Assembly: GCF_028368995.1 (NCBI RefSeq)
Contig: NZ_JAQNDL010000005.1
Span: 160,001-224,000 of the forward strand
DNA length: 64,000 bases
Source: Nannocystis bainbridge
GTDB lineage: Bacteria > Myxococcota_A > Polyangia > Nannocystales > Nannocystaceae
Reading direction: 5' to 3'
Both the position numbers and the translations under genes were made by a program. The notes under the pieces are model-generated. The model worked only from the letters and a program-made list of their open reading frames with translations. It was not told the DNA's origin and did not search any database. The stretch's first letter is position 1, and the number at the start of each line of letters is the position of its first letter. Shown here one piece after another: positions 1 through 14,876 of this stretch.

Positions 1-78
1 CGCCGAGCTGCTGGCCGAGCTGCTGGCCGAGGCCGCCCCGGGCGAGCCGCGACAAGTCATGGTAATGCCGGTCGGGCC

Positions 79-975
79 GTGATCCGACGCGACCTCCACC
101 AGCACAACCGCCTCGCCTGGGACGCCGCCACTCCCGCGCACAGCAGCCACAAGCACGACCAGGCCGGGTTCCTCCGCGGCGGCGGCACCACCCTGTTCGA
201 CGACGAGGTGCACCTGGTCCTCGGTACAGGTCCCGAAGGCCATGTCCTGGAGGACATCCGCAAGTCCGGCGCGCGCCCGCTGAGCGGCCTGCGCCTGCTG
301 CACGGCGCGTGCAATGCCGGCCAGGACACCCTGTCGCTGGCGCAGCTCGGCGCGGAGGTCACCGGCGTCGACATCAGCCCGACGGCGATCGCCGCCGCGC
401 AGACGCTGGCCGAGGAGACCGGCATCCCGGCCCGCTTCGCCGTCGCCGACCTCTACGACTGGCTGCCGGCGCAGGAACCGGAGTTCGACGTCGTCTTCAT
501 GACCTACGGCGCGCTGCTCTGGATGTCCGACCTCGACGCGCTGTTCGCCGCGCTCGCGGGGGTCCTGAAGCCCGGCGGTCGCGTCGTCGGCCTCGAGTTC
601 CACCCGCTGGCGATGATGTACGACCAGGGCCGCCTCACCTACCCGTACAGCGGCGGCGCGCACGTGGTCGGCGAGGCCGGCATCGGCGACTACGTCGCGG
701 CCTCCGGGACCGCGCTGGCGCCGTCCGGCTTCCTCGAGGGCGAGGTCGACTTCAAGAACCCGCACGCCACCCACGAGTTCTCCTGGGGCGTCGCCGACAT
801 CCTCGGCGCCCAGCTGCGGGCCGGCCTCGTGCTCGAGGTCGTGCGCGAGTACACCTACGCCAACGGCTGCAAGATCTGGCCCGACATGGTCGAACAGCCA
901 GGTCGCCGCTTCACCACCACCAGCCCGGCCGTCCCGCCGCTCATGCTCGGCTGGTCGTCGCGCCGGCCCGGCTGA
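79..975 (+). CDS. Class I SAM-dependent methyltransferase
   Basis: Motif I-like LLHGACNAGQD, GAEVTGVDIS, FDVVF, LKPGG; GC3-rich codons. Confidence 0.85.
   Translation: MIRRDLHQHNRLAWDAATPAHSSHKHDQAGFLRGGGTTLFDDEVHLVLGTGPEGHVLEDIRKSGARPLSGLRLLHGACNAGQDTLSLAQLGAEVTGVDISPTAIAAAQTLAEETGIPARFAVADLYDWLPAQEPEFDVVFMTYGALLWMSDLDALFAALAGVLKPGGRVVGLEFHPLAMMYDQGRLTYPYSGGAHVVGEAGIGDYVAASGTALAPSGFLEGEVDFKNPHATHEFSWGVADILGAQLRAGLVLEVVREYTYANGCKIWPDMVEQPGRRFTTTSPAVPPLMLGWSSRRPG
213..258. repeat. 14-bp-period CMTGTCC-N4-GGACAKG motif chain inside CDS
   Basis: Cores CCTG 213, CAGG 227, CATG 241, CATC 255. Confidence 0.6.
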
Positions 976-1104
976 CACGGTCATACGATGCATGGGACAG
1001 GTTCGGCGCTCGGATGAACCTGTCCCTTCGGACATCTTATCGCCCCGCCGAAACGGCGATGCGCACCTGGCCCATGAGCCAGGTGCGCATCGACACGCCT
1101 CACC

Positions 1105-3484
<2,380 letters not shown>

Positions 3485-3498
<14 letters not shown>

Positions 3499-3829
3499 CG
3501 GGGTCTTCCTCGGGCTCCATCGACGCCATCAAGGGGCACTCTTGTTGGCGCGCGAGCATGTGTACCTGGGCGACCTTCGTCTCGGCGATCTCGTGGGTGT
3601 AGACGCCGGCGACGCCGATGCCATGGTTGTGCACGTGCAACATGATCACCGTGGCTTCGGCTTCGGTCCTGTGAAACACGGTCTGAAGCAGGCGGACGAC
3701 GAACTCCATCGGCGTGTAGTCGTCGTTGTGGAGCAGGACGCGGTACATCCGTGGGCGCTGCGTCTTGCGCTCCGTGCGACTCTTCAGCGCAACACTGCCC
3801 TTGGGGCTGGATTTCTCACGGCTGGACAT
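3485..3829 (-). CDS. clpS: Clp protease adaptor ClpS
   Basis: YRVLLHNDDYTPMEFVV...MLHVHNHG...EIAETK signature; overlaps clpA start. Confidence 0.97.
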
Positions 3830-3891
3830 GCTGCTGGCAACCTAGTGTAGCCCTCGCGCCGGGGCTTTCCACCCCGCCCGCAGGCTGACCT

Positions 3892-5094
3892 GTGCTAGCG
3901 TACACGAGTCACGTGCCGGATCTGACGAGCCGCACCGTCACAAGCTTGGCGAGCGTCGACGCCGCGTCATGGGACGCGCTCGCTCACGAGGGCTGCCCCT
4001 TTCTAAAGCACGGGTTCCTGCGGGCGCTCGAGCTGTCGGGCTCCGTCGGCGACGAGCCGGGTTGGCGGCCGATCTACGTGCTCGTCGAGCAACACGGCGC
4101 CGCCGGCGCAGGGTCGGCGCCGCGCCTGGTCGGTGCGGCGCCCACGTACGTCAAGCGCCACAGCTACGGCGAGTTCATCTTCGACTGGGCGTGGGCGCGG
4201 GCGGCCGTGCAAGGCGGCCTGCGCTACTACCCCAAGCTGGTGATCGCCGCGCCGATGACCCCGGCCACCGGTCCCCGCATGCTGATCGCCCCCGACTGCG
4301 CGCGCGACGAGATCGTGCCTCGCCTGGTCGCCGGCGTGCGCGACGTCGCGGAGGCCGAGCGCTGTTGGTCGATCCACTGGCTGTTCACGACGGCGCGCGA
4401 GCACGACGAGCTGGCCGCGCTCGAGTTCATGCGCCGCGCCAGCTACCAGTACCACTGGCACAACGAGGGCTACGCCGACTTCGAGGCTTTCCTCGCCACC
4501 ATGACCTCGCGAAGGCGCAAGCAGCTCCGCAAGGAGCGCGCCCGGGCCCGCGAAGGCGTCGACGAGCTCGAGTGGGTCCGCGGCCCCGACCTCGGCCCCG
4601 AGGACCTGGTCGACATCGACCGCTACTACCGCAGCACCGTGCGCGCCTACGGCGGCCTCGACTACCTTCAGACAGGTTTCTTCGACCATGTCCACAAGGC
4701 CATGCCCGAGCAGATGCTGTGGGCCCGGGCCCGTCGCGGCGGCCGGACCATCGCCGGCACCCTCTACTTCGAGACCGACGCGGCGCTGTTCGGCCGCTAC
4801 TGGGGCTGCGACGAGAACGTCCCGTTCCTCCACTTCGAGGCCGCCTACTACGCGGCGATCGAGCGCTGCATCGCCCGCAAGACCCCGCGCTTCGAGGCCG
4901 GAGCGCAGGGCGAGCACAAGCTGCTGCGAGGCTTCGCGCCGGCGCGCACGTACAGCAGCCACTGGTTCCGCCACCCGGGCCTGGCCTCGGCCGTCGGCCG
5001 CTTCCTCGCCGAGGAGTCGGTCGCCGCGCACGAACAGATGCGCGAGCTGGAAGAGTACCTGCCCTTCCGCAGCGAAGAGCCCGAGCCCGAGTGA
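3892..5094 (+). CDS. GNAT/FemAB-like protein (DUF482 family); start may be GTG 3913
   Basis: HSYGEFIFDWAWA, YYPKL, GRYWG, LHFEAAYY, FEAGAQGEHKLLRGF motifs. Confidence 0.88.
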   Translation: MLAYTSHVPDLTSRTVTSLASVDAASWDALAHEGCPFLKHGFLRALELSGSVGDEPGWRPIYVLVEQHGAAGAGSAPRLVGAAPTYVKRHSYGEFIFDWAWARAAVQGGLRYYPKLVIAAPMTPATGPRMLIAPDCARDEIVPRLVAGVRDVAEAERCWSIHWLFTTAREHDELAALEFMRRASYQYHWHNEGYADFEAFLATMTSRRRKQLRKERARAREGVDELEWVRGPDLGPEDLVDIDRYYRSTVRAYGGLDYLQTGFFDHVHKAMPEQMLWARARRGGRTIAGTLYFETDAALFGRYWGCDENVPFLHFEAAYYAAIERCIARKTPRFEAGAQGEHKLLRGFAPARTYSSHWFRHPGLASAVGRFLAEESVAAHEQMRELEEYLPFRSEEPEPE

Positions 5095-5188
5095 CCCGCG
5101 AGCACGAGTGACCACCGAGCCCGAGCCCGAGTGACCCGCGGCGCGCGCCGAACAAGTCACTCGCCGGCGCGCGCCGAACGAGTCACTC
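5077..5188. repeat. Local direct repeats in convergent gap
   Basis: GAGCCCGAGCCCGAGTGACCCGCG at 5077-5100 and 5117-5140; GGCGCGCGCCGAAC(A/G)AGTCACTC twice after it. Confidence 0.6.
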
Positions 5189-5239
5189 ACTCCCGGCGAG
5201 CGACCCGGCGGCTCTTCAGCCCTCGCGTCCTCTCGCCGC

Positions 5240-5951
5240 TTACTCGTGCTCGCGCGACGCCGCGTTCGGATCGAGGTCCTCGAGAAAGCCCCGCGCGAAC
5301 CGGCGGTACGTCATTCGCGTGTCGCGCCGGTGGTCGACCACGACATCGCCCTGGACCTGGATCGTCCGGATCTTGTCGCCGCGCATGCCGCTGCCGGCCT
5401 GGGCCTTGCGTTCCGCGCAGCGACCCGCGCGCTCGGCCTCGCGGCGCTCCGCCGCCAGCCGCGCGCGCAACAGCTCGAGCGCCGTCTCGCGGTTGATGCT
5501 CTGGCTGCGACCGCCGTCGACGCGCACGTGGTGACCGCTCGGCTTGTGGCGCAGGTGCACCGCCGTCGAGGTCTTGTTGCGGTGCTGTCCGCCTTTGCCG
5601 CTGCCGCGGCAGAAATCCTCCTCGAGGTCCTCCGGACGGATCTCCACCGCCATCGCCGCCGCCGGCTCGAGCACCACCACCGTCACCGTGCTCGAGTGGA
5701 CGCGGCCGCGCTTCTCGGTCGGCGGCACCCGCTGCCAGCGATGACCGCCCGCCTCGTCCGCGAACCACCGCCGCGCCGCGCCGCCGGTCGCCTTGAAGCA
5801 CAGGAACCCCGGGCGCGCGTCGATCACCTCGAGGTCAAAGGCGCTCCCGCACGGCCAGCTTCTGGTACACCGCGAACTGCTCGTGCACGAGCAACTTGGC
5901 GTCGTCGCCGCCCTCGGCGGCCCGGATTTCGATGATGAGCGTGGTCTTCAT
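5240..5951 (-). CDS. RF1-like peptide chain release factor homologue lacking domain 1, expressed via +1 programmed frameshift (join 5951..5838, 5836..5240; about 236 aa)
   Basis: ORF1 MKTTLIIEIRAAEGGDDAKLL matches RF 'LEVRAGTGGDEA'; ORF2 has GGHRWQRVPPTEKRGRVHSSTVTV, GSGKGGQHRNKTSTAV, GSGMRGDKIRT; junction CTT TGA C. Confidence 0.88.
5834..5848 (-). promoter_or_regulatory. prfB-type +1 ribosomal frameshift cassette
   Basis: Minus strand GGGAG(5848-5844)-CGC-CTT-TGA-C: internal SD 3 nt before the shift codon, as in RF2 genes. Confidence 0.85.
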
Positions 5952-5956
5952 GGCTG

Positions 5957-6054
5957 CCTGTCCGGCCGCGCCGTCGCAAACGCGAAGCGCCACCCGGGCC
6001 GGCGCGGCCTCGATCCGCGAAGATCGGCTGCACCCGGATGGCGCGAAGGACAGG
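5957..6054 (-). promoter_or_regulatory. 5' leader hairpin sequestering the RBS of the release-factor homologue
   Basis: mRNA CCUGUCC (6054-6048) pairs with GGACAGG (5963-5957, RBS region); inner 12-bp stem GCGCCAUCCGGG/CCCGGGUGGCGC. Confidence 0.6.
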
Positions 6055-6058
6055 ACGC

Positions 6059-6133
6059 TCAACCGCGACCGACGAGCACGCCGCCGCGCACCTGGAGGGC
6101 GCGGACGGAGCGCAGGCGGATCGCGGCGCGCAT
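6059..6133 (-). CDS. Putative 24-aa leader peptide MRAAIRLRSVRALQVRGGVLVGRG
   Basis: ATG 6133 to TGA 6061-6059, ends 4 nt before the anti-RBS strand; GC3-rich codons. Confidence 0.45.
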   Translation of the reverse strand: MRAAIRLRSVRALQVRGGVLVGRG

Positions 6134-6177
6134 GACGGGGGGACAATACTCGCGGCCCGGCGGCCAGGCAAGCCGCC

Positions 6178-7746
6178 TCAGCCCGGATCGATCGGCGCGC
6201 ACTTGAACTCGACCTCGATCTCGGCCTCCTTGTCGTTCTGGACCGCGACGCAAGTCTCGGGGCACAGCACCACCTTGCCGTCGTCGAGGTAGAACGAGCC
6301 CGGTCCGCACCCGTCCGCGGCCGGCACCTGCTTGAACACCTCGGCCTCCATCGCTTCCATCGGCGTGAACTTGACCACCACCGAGTCCTCGTCGAGCTCC
6401 TTGCCCTCCGGCGGCGGCGGGATGGCGAAGTCGCACGCGATGGTCGCGTCGGCGATCACCCCGCCGGCCAGCGCCTGGAACAGCGCGTCGTAGGTGTTCG
6501 TGTCGCACAGCGGGAAGCGCAGCGCCCCCGTCGCCACCGACAGGCTCTGGTGACCGATCCCGCCGTTGACCCCGCTCGGGCATTTGGTCGTCACGATCGG
6601 GTCCTCCGCCGAATACGGGTCATCCGCCGGATCGTTGAACGACAGCCCGACGATGCTGTAATAGCTGTAGTTGCGGGTCTCGGGCGTCGGCCCGAAGTGC
6701 AGCGGCGACAGCTCGCGCAGCTTCGCGTCGAACTTCTCGGCCGCGTTGGCCCCGCCGGCGATCGTGTTGTTGTCGTTGTAGTGGTCGTTGCCGTGCGAGC
6801 AGACCACGCGGTCGTCCGACACCTCGACCATGATCTTGAACGCCTCCGGGCGCAGCCACGCCTGCCAGCCCTTCGGCGCGAACTTGAAGAGGTCCTGCTG
6901 GGCCCCGTTGAACGTGTCGAGCATGCGGCACCACGAGTCGGTGCTGTCGATCTCCACGCTGTAATGATAGAACTTGCCCGGGTTGTTGATCGGCTGGCTC
7001 GGCGGATTGGTGCAGCCGCCCTTGGGGATCCCCGACAGCGGCGCCTCGATGCACACCTGCGTCGACGAGTACTTGCCGTAGCGCGAGATGAGGATGACGC
7101 GGTAATCGAGCCCGCTCGCCGCCAAGATCTCGGCGAAGTTGTCGTTGATGTTGTCCTGCACCCCTTTGATCTCGGCCGCCATGCTGCCCGAGTTGTCGAT
7201 CACGACGATGATGTCGACCGGGCGCGGCACCAGCACCGGCACCGCCGACTGGGTCCCGCACGCCGACGGCATCACCTGACACTGCGCGGAGCAGCCGCTC
7301 TCCGGCCCGTTGAGCCAGCCGAAGTCGCACTCCTCGCCCGGGCCCGGCATGCCGTCGCCGCACACCTCGAGCACGCAGCCCACGCCGCAGCCGATGCCGA
7401 TGCCGTTGTGATCGCCCGCGTCGCACGCCTCGCCCGGGTCGACGTTGCCGTCGCCGCAGAACGGCGCCGCCGGCTCCCCCGAGCTCGTGCTGCCCGTCTC
7501 GCCCCCGCTCGTGCTCGCGTCGCCGGTGGACGCGCTGTCCGAGCCGCTGCCCGCGGACGTCGTCCCCGTCCCGGCCGACTGCGACGATTCCATGTCCGTC
7601 GTCGTCGGCAGCGGCGGCGGCGATTGAGTGGCCTCGGTCGTCACGCCGAAGCCGCTCTCGCTCGCCGAAACCTCGGCGCGGTCGCCGTTGCACCCGGCGA
7701 GCAGCGCGACCGTCGTCCCCACTTCGAACATTCTACGCATTCGCAT
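6178..7746 (-). CDS. Exported lipoprotein with Myxococcus Cys-rich repeats and vWA domain
   Basis: Lipobox LLAGC, Ser/Thr/Gly linker, CGDG..EECD repeats, MIDAS DIIVVIDNSGSM; start uncertain (7746 or 7731). Confidence 0.85.
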   Translation of the reverse strand: MRMRRMFEVGTTVALLAGCNGDRAEVSASESGFGVTTEATQSPPPLPTTTDMESSQSAGTGTTSAGSGSDSASTGDASTSGGETGSTSSGEPAAPFCGDGNVDPGEACDAGDHNGIGIGCGVGCVLEVCGDGMPGPGEECDFGWLNGPESGCSAQCQVMPSACGTQSAVPVLVPRPVDIIVVIDNSGSMAAEIKGVQDNINDNFAEILAASGLDYRVILISRYGKYSSTQVCIEAPLSGIPKGGCTNPPSQPINNPGKFYHYSVEIDSTDSWCRMLDTFNGAQQDLFKFAPKGWQAWLRPEAFKIMVEVSDDRVVCSHGNDHYNDNNTIAGGANAAEKFDAKLRELSPLHFGPTPETRNYSYYSIVGLSFNDPADDPYSAEDPIVTTKCPSGVNGGIGHQSLSVATGALRFPLCDTNTYDALFQALAGGVIADATIACDFAIPPPPEGKELDEDSVVVKFTPMEAMEAEVFKQVPAADGCGPGSFYLDDGKVVLCPETCVAVQNDKEAEIEVEFKCAPIDPG

Positions 7747-8209
7747 ACGAGCGCACTCTCCCGCTGTCGCCGCGAACATCCCGTTCGTCGGCGCGGCCAG
7801 TCGCGCGGACAATCCGCGATCAGAAGGTGGGTCGAGGTCAGCCCGTGCGCCATCAAGAACCCGTCAGCATCGACGCGCGTGACGCTCTCGACGGTCGTCG
7901 ACGAACCCTCGCCGTGACGCGGACGCACCGTGTTCCGCGGCCGAACGCGGCGCACGGTCGAGGCGCACGACCGACCCGCCGCTGTGACCGTGACCACCCG
8001 AGATCGAAGGCCCGGCCGGCATCAACGCGATCTTGACGACATGACCGATCGGACATGCCCGCGAAGACATTCTCGTTCACGGCGATGGCCGCGCCGAAGT
8101 CACTCGCGGCGGTCGGGCCGCCCGGGTGCGCACCGGTAACCTCGCGCCGCGCGGAGCTTCATGGCCACCCGCTGGTCCGACCTGCGGATCGCCGCATAAC
8201 CACCCGGCG

Positions 8210-8677
8210 ATGTTCGGGCCGACGATCTGGGACCTCCTCGAGCGCGACCACGAGGCCGTCAGCGCGCACCTCGCCGCGCTCCAGGCCGCCTCGGAAGACG
8301 CGGCGCGCGAGCTCTTGCCGGCCCTCGTCTGCGAGCTGACCGCCCACGCGCGGGCCAAGGAGGCCGTCCTTTACGGCCTCCTCTTGCACGACGAGCGGGC
8401 CCGGACGCGGGTCGTCGAGGGCCTCGGAGAGCTCGAGCGGATCCGTGCCGGCCTGAACGATCTCGAGCTGCTCCCGGTCGGCGACGACAAGTGGTCGTTC
8501 CGCCTCGCCGGCCTGGCCGACGTCGTCCGCGGCCACTTCCGGGTCGAGAAGGCCGAGCTGTTGACGCTCGCCCGCCAGGCTTTGAGCGAGGTCCAGGCCA
8601 CCGACCTGGCCACGCGCTACCTCGCCGAGCAGGCGCGGATAAGACGCGACCTGTCCTGTCTCGTCGCGCCGCGCTGA
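8210..8677 (+). CDS. Hemerythrin/HHE-like domain protein (degenerate ligands)
   Basis: IWDLLERDHEAV, ELTAHARAKEAVLY, VRGHFRVEKAEL pattern. Confidence 0.7.
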   Translation: MFGPTIWDLLERDHEAVSAHLAALQAASEDAARELLPALVCELTAHARAKEAVLYGLLLHDERARTRVVEGLGELERIRAGLNDLELLPVGDDKWSFRLAGLADVVRGHFRVEKAELLTLARQALSEVQATDLATRYLAEQARIRRDLSCLVAPR

Positions 8678-8692
8678 TGTTATCGTCCGCGC

Positions 8693-10822
<2,130 letters not shown>

Positions 10823-10897
10823 TCGCAGACGCGGGCAATCCCGCGCTCCCGCGGCCTCGCATGGACGAGCGCCGCGGCGCTGACCTATCCTGCGATC

Positions 10898-12226
10898 ATG
10901 GTGGATTGTCGGATCGCGGGCTCGCTCGTGCTCGTCGCCGGGGCGAGCGCATGCTCCGTCCCGAACCCGCTGTTCTTGCCCGGCCACGCTGAAGACGCGA
11001 CCTCGAGCGCCGATACGGGCCCGGCCACCACCGGCGACGAGGGCACCACCGGCGGCCCACCCGTCAGCACCGGCGGCGACGAAGCCACTTCGTCGCCCGG
11101 CACCACCGCCGTCGCGCCTGCGTGCGGCAACGGCATCCAGGAGCCCGGCGAGCAGTGCGACGACGGCAACCAGATCGCCGGTGACGACTGCGAGCCCAAC
11201 TGTCGCCCGCTGTTCGCCCCGTGGGATCAACCGATCGAGGGCAGCGAAGACGCCGCCGCGCTCGCTCTCGGCGACCTCGACGGCGACGGCGACGACGACC
11301 TCGTCCTCGGCTTCGCTACCTGCTCGATGGGACAGGCGTGCGCCCGCGTGTGGCACCAGGGCGACGCCGGCTTCGTCGAGGTCGCGCCCATTCCGCTCCC
11401 CGGAGCCCCTGCGCGCCTCTTCATCGCCGACTGGGACGAAGACCAGGTCCCCGACCTGCTCGCCGCCCACACCGCCGGCTTCGTCAGCCTCGCCCTCCTC
11501 GGCACCCTCGATCTGCCGCTCGAGATCCCCTACGCCGGCGACCTCGCGGCCGCCATCGTCGCGCCCATCGACGGCGATGCGCGGCCCGATCTCGTCATCC
11601 CCGACGAGGCCGGGCACAAGGTCTATTACATCCTCGCCAACGGCTTCGGCTTCACCCAGCCGAACACGGTCAACTGCGACCACCCGCCGCGTCACGTCGC
11701 AGTCGCCGACGTCGACGACGACGGCGAGGCCGACCTCGTCTACTCGATCGACCTCGGCCCCGATCCCGGCTTCTCGGTCAAGCCCGGCTTCGAGGGCGCC
11801 GACCTCGGCCCCTTCGTCAGCAACGCCGGCAACGCCAGCGCGCTCGCCATCGGCGAATTCGGCGGCCCGCCGTGGCCCAACGTCGTCTTCAGCGACCCCG
11901 TCGGCAACACCCTGCAGGTGTTCAACAATCAGGGCGGCGGCCAGTTCGAGAAAGCGAGCGACACCATCGACGCCGAGCCCGGCGTGCTGCGGCTCGTGGC
12001 CGCGCGAATCACCACCGACGAATTCGACAACATCCTCGCCCTCGCCCCCGCGGCCCTCCAGATCTTCACCTACGCCGAGGGCAAGATCGTCTCCGGCCCC
12101 TCGCGCAGCTTCGCCGGCACCGCCATCGACTTCCAGGTTGGGCGCCTCGGCGGCGACGATCGCCTCGACCTCGCCGTGCTCACCACCCACGGCGCCTACG
12201 TCCTCGTCAATCAGTCCGGCGAGTGA
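10898..12226 (+). CDS. Lipoprotein with Cys-rich repeat and FG-GAP/VCBS repeats
   Basis: ASAC lipobox, CGNGIQEPGEQCDDGN, GDLDGDGDDDL and ADVDDDGEADL repeats. Confidence 0.85.
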   Translation: MVDCRIAGSLVLVAGASACSVPNPLFLPGHAEDATSSADTGPATTGDEGTTGGPPVSTGGDEATSSPGTTAVAPACGNGIQEPGEQCDDGNQIAGDDCEPNCRPLFAPWDQPIEGSEDAAALALGDLDGDGDDDLVLGFATCSMGQACARVWHQGDAGFVEVAPIPLPGAPARLFIADWDEDQVPDLLAAHTAGFVSLALLGTLDLPLEIPYAGDLAAAIVAPIDGDARPDLVIPDEAGHKVYYILANGFGFTQPNTVNCDHPPRHVAVADVDDDGEADLVYSIDLGPDPGFSVKPGFEGADLGPFVSNAGNASALAIGEFGGPPWPNVVFSDPVGNTLQVFNNQGGGQFEKASDTIDAEPGVLRLVAARITTDEFDNILALAPAALQIFTYAEGKIVSGPSRSFAGTAIDFQVGRLGGDDRLDLAVLTTHGAYVLVNQSGE

Positions 12227-12536
12227 GCGAGCCGCGAACTCGCCCTCTCTCGGTCCGGCCCACTCGCCTCGCGTCCCTGCAGCCCTCCGGTCGAGCCCGC
12301 CGCGCGCCCCTCCTTCGTCCGAGCTTCGATGCGAGCGCGCTCGCGCCCGTCGCACACATGTCCCGAAGGACAGACGGTGCGCAACCGCCTGCACCGATCG
12401 ACCGCACCAGTCCGCGGTCGCGAGCGGCGGCGGGTCCGCGACGTGTGAGATTCGCCAGGGGTTCCGCCGACCCGCCCCGCTTGCGGCGGCGCGCCGCGAT
12501 TTGCCACCATGCGCGCGGAACTCGGCCAGTCCTCCC

Positions 12537-13526
12537 ATGACAGCATCCCACGGTCCCGTCGGCCCCCACACCCCCTCGGGCCGCAAGGTCCTCGTCACCG
12601 GCGCCGGCGGACAGGTCGGCCTCGACCTCCTGCAGGCGCTGCGCTCGCGCGGCGACCAGGTGTTCGCCAGCGACCTCGCGCTGCCGAGCGGCGACGCCGG
12701 TCTCGGCCTCCCGTGGTCGAGCCTCGACGTCACCCGCGCCGAGCAGGTCGACGCCCTCGTCGCCGAGCTGCGCCCCGACGTCATCTACCACCTCGCCGCG
12801 ATCCTCAGCGCCACCGGCGAGCGCGACCCGCTGCGCACCTACGCCGTCAACCAGGACGGCACGCTGCACGTCCTCGAGGCCGCGCGCAAGTTCGGCGTGC
12901 GCCAGGTGATCTTCACCAGCACCATCGCCGTGTTCGGCCCCGGCCTCCCGCCGCTCGTGGGCGACGACGTCTCGCTGCGCCCGACCACCATGTACGGCGT
13001 CACCAAGGTCGCCGGCGAGTTGCTCGGCGAGTACTACAGTCGCCGCCACGGCCTCGATTTCCGCGGCGTCCGCTTCCCCGGCCTGCTGTCGGCCGTGCTG
13101 CCGGGCGGCGGCACCAGCGACTACGCCCCCCTGATGTACTACGAGTCGCTGCGCACCGGCGGCTACGAGGCCTTCTGCCGCCCCGACAGCCAGATCCCGC
13201 TGATGTACATGCCGGACGCCCTGCGCGCCCTCGTCGAGCTGTCGCTCGCTCCGCGTGAGCGGCTCGGCCGCTGCATCTACAACATCGCCGCCTTCTCGCC
13301 GACCGCCCAGGACATCGCCGACGAGGTCGCCCGCGTCGTCCCCGGCGCGCGCATCACCTTCGCGCCGGACCCCGCGCGCCAGGCCATCCTCGACTCGTGG
13401 CCGCGCGCGCTCGACGACGCCTGCGCCCGCCGCGACTGGGACTGGCGCCCGGCCTGGGACCTGGCCAGGATGAGCGACGACCTCACCCCCAAGCTCGCCG
13501 CGCTGGCCGCCCGCGCCGGCAAGTGA
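12537..13526 (+). CDS. SDR/GalE-like L-threonine 3-dehydrogenase
   Basis: VLVTGAGGQVG, YHLAAILSATGE, PTTMYGVTK, PGGGTSDY; adjacent to kbl. Confidence 0.88.
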   Translation: MTASHGPVGPHTPSGRKVLVTGAGGQVGLDLLQALRSRGDQVFASDLALPSGDAGLGLPWSSLDVTRAEQVDALVAELRPDVIYHLAAILSATGERDPLRTYAVNQDGTLHVLEAARKFGVRQVIFTSTIAVFGPGLPPLVGDDVSLRPTTMYGVTKVAGELLGEYYSRRHGLDFRGVRFPGLLSAVLPGGGTSDYAPLMYYESLRTGGYEAFCRPDSQIPLMYMPDALRALVELSLAPRERLGRCIYNIAAFSPTAQDIADEVARVVPGARITFAPDPARQAILDSWPRALDDACARRDWDWRPAWDLARMSDDLTPKLAALAARAGK

Positions 13527-13560
13527 CCCGAAGTTCGCCTGACCCGAAGGACCTGTCCGC

Positions 13561-14738
<1,178 letters not shown>

Positions 14739-14751
<13 letters not shown>

Positions 14752-14784
14752 ACATGTCCTGAAGCACCTGTCCTCTCAAACATG
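14739..14784. repeat. 14-bp-period palindromic motif array (4 cores)
   Basis: Cores at 14739, 14753, 14767, 14781. Confidence 0.75.
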
Positions 14785-14876
14785 TGAGGACGGGCGCCCC
14801 CGCATCGGGGCGATCTCCCGCCGGTCGCTGCAATCGTCGCAGCCGCCCGGCGGTTTCGCGCTTCCTGCGCAGTCCG

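Noticed and set aside
5240-5951. Release-factor pseudogene or sequencing indel
   Set aside because: The break coincides exactly with an SD-N3-CTT-TGA-C cassette and both halves keep intact motifs; disfavoured, though not formally excluded.
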